A stretch of DNA of 48,446 nt, filler included, from Sphacelaria rigidula (Eukaryota): the NCBI GenBank assembly GCA_964200075.2. It is 2 parts of 2 records of this genome, joined end to end, with 100 filler letters (N's around TTAATTAATTAA, not from the genome) between each part and the next. Parts side by side here need not be neighbours in the genome. Positions count along the whole stretch, not along the records: positions 24,275 to 48,446 come from CAXNAA020000218.1; 1 more part is not named here. The stretch is one strand, 5' to 3'. The notes beneath the pieces are model-generated. The model was not told the origin of the DNA. It did not search any database and worked only from the letters and a program-made list of their open reading frames with translations. A program made the translations under genes and the position numbers. Positions 37,966-48,446 of this stretch are shown in pieces; the stretch's first letter is position 1, and each line of letters opens with the position of its first letter.

Positions 37966-38205
37966 ATTGCCACCCACATACATATCCGTGTCGTAGTGAG
38001 TCCTAAAAGTACCGTACATTTGTATCGGGGAGGTGATCACCACTAGCGATGACATGTACGCCGTATCCTATCGGCGCGCCGCTGTGAGAGTCTTTTGCAG
38101 CAGCAATCAGACGGTGCCCCCAAATTCCTACCTGCGTCGTCAATCATGGACATGAAGTGCTACACTTTCTATACTCCAAAAAAGAACCCATGTATTTCTG
38201 CAGCC

Positions 38206-38303
38206 GGTCGCCCCGGTGGCTCAGTTTGTAACCTCGAGAACTCCTGACGGTTGGGACGTGGGTTCGAATCTCGATGAAGTCATACAATATGGGATTTTTC
38301 TCA
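38206..38303 (+). mobile_element. tRNA-derived short element (SINE head or pseudo-tRNA)
   Basis: A-box-like TGGCTCAGTTTG (38217-38228), B-box GGTTCGAATC (38261-38270) and TTTTT at 38295-38299. No acceptor stem can be formed. Confidence 0.6.
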
Positions 38304-39396
38304 TATCATGCCCAATAGTGGAGAGCGACTATGTCGTAGGTACATACAATTCGACTCCACGGTCGACGAGGGAAAGGGACTGCTGAGCCCTTCTCGCGAA
38401 AAGAAGGCAAGCACCGCAGAAGTAAGGTGGAGCGCTCAAACGAGATGAAAAAAAAAGACTCGTGTGTTGACCTTCCTCCTGTGTGAACCCGGCTGATGCG
38501 TTCACATATACCGAAAGGTGGAGACTGGTGTGCAGATAGATGGGATGATAACATACAAAGCACACTCGTTTCTGTCTGATTTAGCGCCCGGGGGGCATCA
38601 AACGACCATTCACGCACACAACTAACTGCCATGCTCCAAATGTCCGCGGACTGTCATGCTTTATTATCAGAACATTGTTTTCGGGCGCGGTCAGGGATTA
38701 AGGGTTGGCGGTGGGGTATTTCTATGTCATTTTCCTTCTCAGGTGAGGAAGTGAATGATTCATGCCCCAAGCACACAGCATATTTAGAGAAATATGCGCT
38801 CGAAAGTCCTATACAATGTAGGCAGCGTTTTGCGCAAGTTGCAACCTCTTCGTCGCAAATGCGTTGCGTATATATCGATAAGGTACCGTACTGTACTGAC
38901 TGTACTTCCCATGTGGACTGCAACCTCATGTAGTAAATTTGCTGTTCTCACCCTCCACTGGAGAACTACACACTGCTGTCCATACCTCAGGTACGGATTG
39001 TGAATGGTCCATTCACCATTTCCTGTGGTGCTATGGTATGTATCACCGGTTCAATTTGCAGAGAGCATACTGACATATTCGCCCTACTCGCAACTCGTGT
39101 AGAACACAACTCCTTACTCGAATACAATTTTTTATGAGCGATATGTTTTGCCTGTGTCCCACACATGCAGTGTCGAGGCGTTTTTTACCACCCCCTGCCG
39201 GTCCGTCCTTTTTGGTACAGTATGCATCGACTACAACCTGCCGCACCCGTGTTCACATGCTACTATGTGTAGTCATGGTCGGTTTTCCGTAGTCTTTGAC
39301 ACGGCCAGTACTTGCTGCTGTGCTGGACACACATTCCTATATATATATATATATGTACCCTGTCTGTTTCCATGTCTCGGTTTCGGCCAAGGACAG

Positions 39397-42300
39397 ACCG
39401 CGGCACCCGCACTTGCGTGGGGGGACGACGCAAATGGTGAACAAAATGCGGGACTAGAGTCGGACTCAGAAGATGAGGAGAGGGAGCGGGGTGAGGCAGT
39501 GAGCAAGGAGCGGAAGGAAATTGCGGAAGCGAAAGAGGCTGCAGAGGCAGAGGCAAAGGAAACTGCGGAGGAGAAGCGCTTGCGCCTTGCCAGGGATGTG
39601 CTCCTCAGGCTGGATGCCGAGCAGCAAGAGAAGGTGAGCACTGTAAATCGAGGTGCTACTCGTATGTACAGTGACAGACTTGCTCAACGGTCAACGGTCA
39701 ATTGTGCCACCGGTGCTTTCTTGTACGGCACTGAAGTAAAAAGCGTTGCAAGGACGCCAGGTGCACAGTGCGATTGACGCTGGGGACGCTGAAGCTATAC
39801 CATAGGTTGAACATCCGCGAAGCAATATGCAACGGCTCGATATCTTCGGCACCGAAGTCCTGAGAGGGTAGCGATAATATACATGTCAGGGAGGGCACAT
39901 AGTCACGAGGCTAACGCTTGGCTCGCTGTAACAAGAAATCAGGTGGGATACCATTGACCCCTCTAGCCTGCTTCAGCCATTTTCAGCTGCGAGGTATCAA
40001 GGGTGGTGTAGAAACAGGTGATGGTGGTGGTAGGGCAACGCTCCAGCTTTAGACAATGTGCAGCACAGGCTGATGGAGCCTGCTCCCTTGTGCAGATAGT
40101 AGTAGCTGCCAAGCGTCTTGCCCACCGCGTTTGTGTGCGCGCTGATGGTTGGTTGTTTGCTTCGCTGTGTGTCTTTGTTATTGTTCAGGACGAGGACGAA
40201 ACACAAGAGGAGGATGGAGAGGCGGCCTCGGGAGACTACATCGGAGAACGATTAGCTCGCGCTCGACTTGAAGCGACCGGGCAGTTGTACAGAGAGGTGA
40301 GAGCAAGGTGTGGTTCAGCGATGAACATATGAGGGGCATGGTTGTACACATATACATGTATGTATATATGAATGAACGTGGTACTTCGGTGGTCTAATCG
40401 ATACATGTAACATCCAGTAGGCCGGGAGAACGTGGGTTTGATCCCGAGCGGATGCTTTTTTTCTTGTTTGAGGAGTATCTGATCCCCGTCGTTGAAAACA
40501 TAGGGACGTGAGTTGTCAGGAAATATTATATTTCGAGGGTCGACGGGGTGCAGGAGTGCTGGTCATGATCCAATCGGCGTCTCCAAAATGCAAGGCGTGT
40601 ACCGAGGGAGAGACGAAAGTTCTTTTTTGTTTCTTCGAAGGAAGGAGAAAACCTGACTCAACACCTACCCCGCAAGCGGGTTCGTGTGTCGATTATCCGG
40701 AGGCTCAGCTAGGGTGGAACGCGTGAAGACGTGAGTAAACAAGGTATTTGACTGAGTTTGTTTTACGTGAGTTGACGTGGTGCGGGAGTGCTGACCCGAT
40801 CCGCGAGATCAAATCAAGGCGTGTACCAGGGAGAGATGGGTTGATCCATTGAGACCACGGACTCGTCCCGAGGGAGGGGAGGGTTTCGAAGTGCGACAAA
40901 TAAAAAATAACTAATTATGATTGAAAAAAAAGTGTGGGGGTCCGACCCACTAAAACCCCCTTATATATATCAACCTGGCGCAGTGCACGCGCCGCCCTAC
41001 CCTTGAGAACTTCGGCCCTAGATGAGTTGATCCCTTGGGAATATGAACTACTCGTCCTGAGGAGGGGGAGGGGCTGAAGTTATGCCAAGGATATATATTT
41101 GGTAGCTTTTGCACAGTCGTTTTTTTTTTTGTGACAAGTAGCTATGGTTTTGTGCAGCACAAGCGAGTGGTCTGTCGGTCGGTTATTCGTCTGTTTTAGC
41201 CCTCAATAGGCCGCTCATTTCGGTATGTTTGAAACTGAAGGAGCAAGCGTAATGCTACATTAATCAGCAAGCAACAAAGAAATATAGTTGTGTTGAATTT
41301 TAATTCATGCTGTTCATCCAATTTATGGATGACGGCCCATCCGCCAACATCAGCCATGGGTGGCCAAGTCACTTTATCGGTGGTCCGTTTTTTTTCGAGT
41401 CCCCAACGCGGCTCTCATTTGAGACGCAATTCACCATACAAGCACGCCTACATATTTGTCAGGTGAACTAGTGGTCATCCATGAGTATGGTGCCCCAACA
41501 ACACCTGTCGCGCTGCAAAGATATATACTTTGACTCATCTACCCCGTCAAGTACTATAGCGCAACTTCAGTCAGTGTATACTACGGTAGTACGTCGTGTT
41601 GGCACCGAATTTATCTGTACTGGTCGGTAATGAATAATCTATTGAAGTCAGCGATTTTTTTGTCGTCTTCCATTATTCTTGTCGTGATTTTCGTTGAAAA
41701 CATGTGCGCCACTCAAACCCAATCTGCCGCGGAGAGATCAACAAGATTGCACTGTTCGGTTATTTGTTGTCGGGGCCTGGTCTGGGCTTCATTTCCCGTC
41801 GTAAACTTGCTACAGCCCAGGACATTGGTAGGAGGGGAGCTGGGGAAAACATGTGTACCGTAGTCAGCATCAATAATATTTTTGATAATAATCAAGTCAT
41901 GAAGCAAACGAAGCGTACTGCATACCTTCGAAAGGAAGCAGCGTCCTAGCACACAGGATCGCACACGCAAGAGAGGTACATTATTGCGTTAGCTGTCCCA
42001 TGTCCCGAGTGTAAAGGGCTTGGTTGTCTCCAGCGTTGTGCCTCAACAACTTTCTGTGGCGATGCCGACTGTAGTGGTATCGCAAGAAGATTCGCCAGCG
42101 CTGGCCGGCCAGTTGGCACCGTGCTTTTCATGTCTGTACGGCACCGATCAACGCGAGCCATCCAGAACAAGAGCACGGCAGCCTACAAAAGGGAGCCAGC
42201 AGTCCATTTCTCGGCTTGTGTTCCGTCCGAGCAACATGAAACAACACACAACGACGACGATGGAGTTACCCTAAGTCATGCTCCGTATCCGAGACCGTGC

Positions 42301-43613
42301 AGCATGCAGAAGCAAGCTAAGCGCAAATGGAGACTGCAACACCAACCCCGGCCACCGCAACCATACCGCGGGCACGGCGACACTCAAAGCAAACGTTGGG
42401 TACATCAACCCGTATACCAATAGACAGAGCATCGCTCGTGAGACCGTCGTTGTCTTGGATATCATCCTGCCTTCCCACGGCACTAAAGTGTAGCTGTGGG
42501 CATCAGAAGACCGGCAAAACCATGTGAAATGGAGTGGATACTAAAATTAAGTTTGTACTACGAAATGTACTATGGAAAGTAGAGGGGCTGGTCAATTTTA
42601 TTTTTTTATTAAATTACCTGAAAATAGTTGTACTATGCAAAAAAAGGTACCTACGAACCCACCGTCGTCGTGTTGTAACCTGATTCATATTTTATTATTT
42701 CCGCACATTAGCCTGATCTCTCGAACTCGTGGTCTACATGCATATGTAAATATGTGACCCCTGATTTACGAATATTCCTGCAGTCAGCATTCCCCAAGAG
42801 TCGTTCGTCACAGTCACGGGGAGGCTGGAAAATAACGAATATTTCGAACGACAGGGTGGTGTCTCATTCTGACGGGTTGAAGTTCTTGTAGACAGCACTG
42901 TCATCGATGTGTTGATGTCACCACGTGTGATCATGTGAGTCGACACAGTTTTTTGACGCGGTGTCTTCGGTGAAGACTTCATTTGGGGTATCAGGTAAGT
43001 ACTGGAGGTTTTCCAGGACGTGAGCCTGACTTCTGGTCCGCGACTAATGAGAGCGCGTGCGCTCATACACACACACACACACACGCAGATGCGTGCGCAA
43101 AACAATTAATACTGACTATCAGGAGCATACATACATTGAAGTCGGGGCTTTGTGATCGAGCGTTTTTCAGTCAAGCGACGTAAAGCTCCGCAGTTATTTT
43201 TATCTACAGTGCGCATGATTGCAGTGCATGGCCGTATGTGTATGTGTGCTCACTTGCAAAACTCGCACTGTACTTGGTAACGCGTGCCCTCGTGTATGCA
43301 CAGGTAGCGCGAGGCCTGGAAGGCAAGAAGATACACTCCTCGGCCGTGCGGCGTATGCGCGGCCACAAGCTTACCCCAACATGCGTGGCCTTATCGTCCG
43401 ACGATTCCACGGTGTATTCGGGAAGCAAGGACAACTCTGTAGTCCGATGGGACGTGGAGACGGGCAAGCGGGTGGTTATGCTGCCGTCCTGGCGGAAGCT
43501 TCCTGGGGGGAAGGTACCCAAGGTTAAGGCTCACAGCAACGAGGTGAGGGAGCAGGATACCCAGGTGGTACGTACGTGTGCATATGGCATGCGTAATTAT
43601 AGTTGTCATAATC

Positions 43614-43657
<44 letters not shown>

Positions 43658-46099
43658 TGGCGTCGGTTGATACGACGACTGAATAGCAGTATTATATATT
43701 TTTTCCCTTGCGAGGTGGGTCCATCTTGAAAGACATATGGTTTACAGTGTTGGCAATAAAATCAGAAGCGTTTTTTTTTTTTTGCTGCAGATTGCATGTT
43801 TGTTTTCGTGACATAGAATGGTCATTTGGTTGTGCAGGCTATTTGTCCATAACCTATCGCCGTATTAAGCCCGCAAGAGCTGTCATGGCCGCGAGGTGAT
43901 CGTGCACGCATTGGTGTTCTGATTGCTTCAAGTTTCGAAGCGAAAAGCTATGACCGCGTGCCCAGCAGTCAGCGCGACACCTAGGTGTAGTACTGTCGGA
44001 TCGTATATACTTCTTCTTTCCTACCACATGGGTTGTATATACTTCTTACAGTAGCTGTATTTTTATTTTACAAGTCCGCACGGACTTTTTCCAGCATGCG
44101 TTCAGAGCTCTCGCTGAGTTCTGCTCTAAGCTGTTCTCATCAAGTCAGGTTGCTACTAGAGTACAAGGATTTTTTCTTGTGCACACAAGAAAAGCATGTA
44201 CTTCTAGCAGAACGCGCAGTCGACCGAGCGTTTCATCTCAAGCGAATTGTGTTGTTGTTGTTGTTGTTGTTTCTGTTGTCATGTTGATTTTTTCCATAAT
44301 TCTAGCGTCGGTGGTAAAAAAACCGTGTATACTGATGACTGATATTCTTCCCAATATTGAAAATAACCTTTAGCTCCAGCCATGAGCCCAGTGTGACCAG
44401 AAGACATGTGGATACATGAACGGCCTGAATATCTCCGAATAAGACAACACTTGAATTCAACACTTTGCAACGCTACACTGGCCAGGCGGACGCTTTTTTC
44501 TGCAGCACATTTTTTTCTTCCCTGTGTGTTGTGCGTATGTATCGACGTTCGTGTATATTTGCCAGACATGTCCCCACCTCTTGTCTGTTTTGTGTCGTAA
44601 CTCTGAAACCACAGGTCTTGTCGGTTGCCGTGAGCGACGATGGGCGATACCTCGCGACGAGCGGTCGAAATAAAGTAATCAAAGTGTGGGATTGCCGCAC
44701 GGACAAAGTGGTGGAGACATTTAAGGGACACCAGGACAGCGTGTCTTGCCTCACCTTCCGCTCCAACAGTCTCCATCTTTTCTCCGGCTCGCATGATCGA
44801 TGCGTCAAGGTTAGATTGCAATCGTAGCCGGCGTCGTGTGTCCAAAACCGACATTGTTCGATCGTTCGCGCGGTTAAACTCTTTGATTGCGAAGGAGTGG
44901 TGCTACGATGGGAGGGGGGCAGCGTACTCATTTGTTGCTTGCCTTCGTCGTTTGACCATTGACCACGCATCCCTTGCACGTCGGAGCACCGTTCCTACTC
45001 ATGATGGAGACACCTCCAACATGTGGGCGCTCGTTACGCTTCTTCCATCCATGCGTTACACAAGAACATTTTACATATCTTATATCCCCGTCTTGTTTCG
45101 CTGTTTGTGGACACCATCTATCTCCTAGTATAGCCATCGTTTTCTCGCTGTGGGGGAGGGAGGAGGGGGTTGTCTCCACCAAAAACAGGAACTCACAGGT
45201 GTATCAGACGACATAACTACTCACCATGCGTTTATATTTGGGTGGAAACGGCATCGAGTGGCATGAGCGAGTGTGTCTCATTGGTGCCAAGCGCGCTCGA
45301 ATAAACGTTGCTGCATTCAACGACGATTTGAGATGAGATTTCGTGGAAGAAGTAGTTCAAAATGTCTCCCTCCCCTTCTCGTAGCATCATCACTCGAAGG
45401 TGTCAATTCGTGTCGTGATGTGTGTACAATACACTGCGGACTTGTGGTAACTTGGCTGTGGTTTCATGTAGTGATGTATCGATGCGATGCTTCTGCAGCA
45501 AAGATCCTCGAGTGCCTCGCTGTGAAAATGCTTGAGGCATATTCATGCGATCTAGTTGACTTCGGGGGAAGGGGTGAGGGATTGTTTCAATATGACAAGT
45601 TCGCCGGGTTTTGTACTCGTGTCTGTATTTGACATGGGGTTTATCACTTCCTTGTGAGGCTTACTCCGCCCGCGCGGTGCCGTGCAGCACGGGGAATCCG
45701 ATGTTCAATGTTCGGTCAGGAATTGGACTACTCCGTCGTTGGTTGGTACAGCAATCGGACTACGGAGAGAAACACAAGCGGTAACTTTTCCCCAGTTTAT
45801 TTTTTTTATCGTCTGATGGATGAAGGATCAGAGTCACAGGTCAAGCTGAACGTCAAAAGCACATCACAGAAAAAAAAAAACATGCGGAGAACGAAGATCT
45901 GGATGTGGAAAACAGATGAGGATTGTGAATTGCTTGCAAAGCGCCTTTCTAACGGTTCATGTGTGTTTGTTTGACAAAGCAGCATTGGGACTTGAACGAG
46001 ATGGGCTACGTGGAGACAATGTTCGGTCATCAGTCTGAGATTAATGCTATCGACGCATGGCGTAAGGAGAGGGCTGTTACAGGCGGGCGCGATCGTACG
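39397..46099 (+). CDS. RRP9: U3 snoRNP-associated WD40 protein RRP9/U3-55K (internal exons; first exon unresolved, 3' exons beyond the window)
   Basis: Phase-0 exons: 39397-39633, 40189-40296, 43304-43543, 44615-44809, 45983-46099. Acidic N-terminus with ETAEEKRLRLA, then WD40 repeats RGHKLTPTCVALSSDDSTVYSGSKDNSVVRWD, VLSVAVSDDGRYLATSG..IKVWD, FKGHQDSVSCLTFR..LFSGSHDRCVKHWDLNEMGYVETMFGHQ..ERAVTGGRDRT, which are characteristic of RRP9. Confidence 0.92.
40385..41085 (+). mobile_element. Cluster of partial SINE-like copies (40385-40615, 40716-40912, ~41018-41085) in an RRP9 intron
   Basis: Homologous blocks to 20225-20538. The first copy has tggtctaatcg / gtgggtttgatccc Pol III-like boxes; the second ends in gcgacaaataaaaaataa. 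Confidence 0.6.
41592..42670 (-). repeat. Dispersed ~1-kb non-coding repeat, copy 2 (in an RRP9 intron)
   Basis: Reverse-complement homologue of 18440-19462, with an extra ~60-bp segment at ~42060-42125. Confidence 0.9.
43617..43655 (+). repeat. (TTG)n microsatellite (intronic); a shorter one lies at ~44250-44271
   Basis: Read directly. Confidence 0.9.
44920..45150 (-). mobile_element. 5'-truncated LINE 3' end
   Basis: Encodes EKTMAILGDRWCPQTAKQDG...ERPHVGGVSIMSRNGAPTCKGCVVNGQTTKASNK* and is homologous to 47707-47927. G-rich runs flank both sides (44910-44919, 45152-45169). Confidence 0.85.
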
Positions 46100-46305
46100 G
46101 TGAGTGCTTGTTCTTGTTGTTGTTCTTGTTGAAGGCTCATTCATCACCTTCACGGAAATAACAGTCGTACTGCACACACAGAACAGGCCAATTAGTGGTT
46201 CACCCATGGGCGAAAGGCTGCACTCGCGAGTTATTTGTTGTAAGAGCTGCTACCAGACCATGATGCAGGCTTGCTTCCCTGGTCCTTCCCCCTCCCCCCC
46301 CCCCC

Positions 46306-46554
46306 ATGTCTGAGATCGCGGAAAAGAAACGGTGGCGGAACTTGGAAATGGGAGATGGCCTGAAATGCTGGAATATTTGGTGTAGATCAACCAGGGAGAC
46401 TCTTTTAGGGCCAAGTTTTCGGTAGCACAGAAATGAGCGATTGGATTTTGGTCACCAATCGTTCTACTGTGAAAAACGATCTGCTCGCTCGAGGATGCTT
46501 GGTCAAGGGTTCGACGGGTAGGGCATGGGAAACAACACGGGAAACACGGACGCG
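46306..46554 (+). mobile_element. Diverged LINE 3'-end copy between two C-runs
   Basis: KETVAELGNGRWP resembles EKTMAILGDRWCP, and ggatgcttggtcaagggttcgacgggtagggca resembles ggatgcgtggtcaatggtcaaacgacgaaggca. C-runs lie at 46288-46305 and 46555-46570. Confidence 0.5.
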
Positions 46555-46570
46555 CCCCCCCCCACCCCCC

Positions 46571-47927
46571 GCATATGTCTGCTAAGCACCGTAGGGAAAT
46601 CGTTATGTAAGATTGTGAACGATAGAGGACACGAGGCCTGAGAAGGGAGGAAAAAAAATGAGGGGCAAGCAGGGGTTAGACCAAGCCGTAGGTTAGATGA
46701 AGCCGTAGCTGCGTAGACCACGTGTACCCATTAGGTGAGATTATTGAAGGTGGAAAAGATGCGGGGCTTACAACGTACAGTGTTTTTCTAGACGTACAGA
46801 AGGCCCATGACACAATATGGAGAAATGGCTTGTGGAACAAGATGTGGGAAACTGGGATCAGAGGAAAGATGCGGAGAATAGTGAAAATATGACAGAATGT
46901 GCGATAAGAGCTATGATGCTAGGTGGGGGAGATGTCGAAACATGTTGATATATCACAAGGAGTTGCACAGAGATGCACGTTATCACCCATATTACTCGAG
47001 GTATTTTTAAGTGACATGATAAAAGCAAGTGACGGAATTACTTGAATGCTCAAAAACGACGAGTAATACAGCATTGAGAGCAGTATTGGGAGCGTACCCC
47101 CTTGAAGCATTTGGAGACGTGAGGAAATTGAAATGGCGAAACAACATGAGGAACATGCCAAGAAAGAGACTGCAAGCCATAGTAGATAGGGCTGTATGGA
47201 AGAAAGTAACGAAATGGCAGGCTGGAATAAGGTGGGATAGCGTAACTGAAAAAGTGTGGAAGGATATGGGAGGAGGCCAAGGCTAGATGATGTCTATAGG
47301 TGAATGTCGGCGTTACAAGATAAGTGTAAGAGGCGTGATGAGAATAAGGGGAAATGTAGCGCTACAACGGGAACTTGACGAGGAAGAGCACCTGCAGGTA
47401 CACGGGGGGCTGAGAGAGGGAAAAGGGATGAAATCAAATCTTCACGGCCCAATTCACCCCGTGAAAAAGTCGTAGGTGTGACCTCGGGTGAGGGACGTGA
47501 ACCTACCAGGAAGAAGAAAGAGGTATACCAGTAATCGGGTGGAGGAAGAAGTAGATGGACAAAAATTGCCCCTGTGGCGAAGCAGTAGAGGAGAACTCAT
47601 GTAGTGACAGAATGTGAAGGGAACAAGGATGAACGGGACGTGTTAGAGGGGGAAATGTGGGAAGTAAACGAAGTTTTCATGAAACCGTTTGATACGTAGG
47701 ATGGTGGCGAGGAAACGATAGCTAAACTAGGAGATCAAGGTGACACACAGACGGCGAAAGAGGAAGAGGAAATGATATGTAAAAGGTTCTTGTGTATTGT
47801 AAGGAAGAAATATGACGAGCGCCCAAGTGGTGGAGGTGTCTCAATTAGGAGGAGTAGGAACGTTGCTCCGTCTCGAAAGGGATGCGTGATACCCTGCCAA
47901 ATGACTGAGGCAAGCCACAGGTAAATA
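46571..47927 (+). mobile_element. Degenerate, internally deleted LINE (RT plus C-terminal region) in an RRP9 intron
   Basis: LLSTVGKSLCKIVNDR, EGQAGVRPSR..CVDHVY, VFLDVQKAHDTIWRNGLW, ISQGVAQRCTLSPILLEVFLSD are non-LTR RT motifs. It carries stops and frameshifts, the YADD segment is missing, and it ends in a C-rich tract at 47928-47953. Confidence 0.9.
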
Positions 47928-48340
47928 CCCCGCCGCCCTCCCCGCCTACGCCCTGTGTTCACAAGTTGGTGCCACTACGTGACTCGGGAATGTTGCTCCG
48001 TGAAAGCTTTGTTTTATACCGTACCTCTTGCAGTCACGGTTCAGAATCCTAAAAGCCATATGTTGTGTGCGCTTTCGCTGTGGACATACATGGCCTCTTG
48101 CGCTGCGTTACGGATGTTTGACGGGCGGTTTGGACAGAGGACGATACTCCAGGTAATCTTGAGTTTCTCGAGATTTCTTCTAGTGCCCAGTACTCGAGAG
48201 TACCCGGAGTATCGACTGCCGAAAATCATGGGACCGGGTAGAACCCTCGCAGAACGTCAGACTCGCCCCGAGTATTACAGTACTTTATCAATGAACCCCC
48301 AGTGAAGCTCGTGCAAGGTTGTGTTCTGCAGTGTATAAAC

Positions 48341-48376
<36 letters not shown>

Positions 48377-48446
48377 ACAAAAAGGAATAGTGAGCAATAG
48401 CACTCGGGGGATGGAGGGGGGGGGCTCCACCCCCACCCCGCGACCC

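Noticed and set aside
38206-38285. Functional tRNA gene
   Set aside because: No acceptor-stem pairing and only a weak T-stem; reported as a tRNA-derived element instead.
39634-48446. Intronic snoRNAs in RRP9
   Set aside because: No convincing C/D or H/ACA box pair with terminal stems was seen by eye; snoscan or Infernal would be needed.

Overview
This is eukaryotic, intron-rich DNA with short GT-AG exons, kb-long introns, CAG/GGC microsatellites and G/C homopolymers. Its style suggests a brown alga such as Ectocarpus (inference only). An artificial 100-bp scaffold spacer at 24175-24274 splits the window into two pieces that need not be adjacent in vivo. Splicing by eye, with phase checked at each junction, gives four genes arranged as two head-to-head pairs. 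Left of the spacer are a PRCC-like low-complexity protein (minus strand, runs off the left edge) and an 8-exon RWP-RK transcription factor (plus strand). Right of it are a SETD6/Rubisco-LSMT-type SET methyltransferase (minus strand, 5' end unresolved) and RRP9/U3-55K (plus strand, runs off the right edge). Most ORFs in the supplied track are spurious. Introns and intergenic DNA carry non-autonomous transposons with readable target-site duplications: piggyBac-like (TTAA), Harbinger-like (TTA) and hAT-like (8 bp), some nested inside larger foldback elements. There are also SINE-like repeats, a dispersed ~1-kb repeat and LINE relics. The most unusual pattern is a LINE family whose 4-5 copies all end in C-runs and are mostly bracketed by them, suggesting poly(C)/(G)-directed integration.
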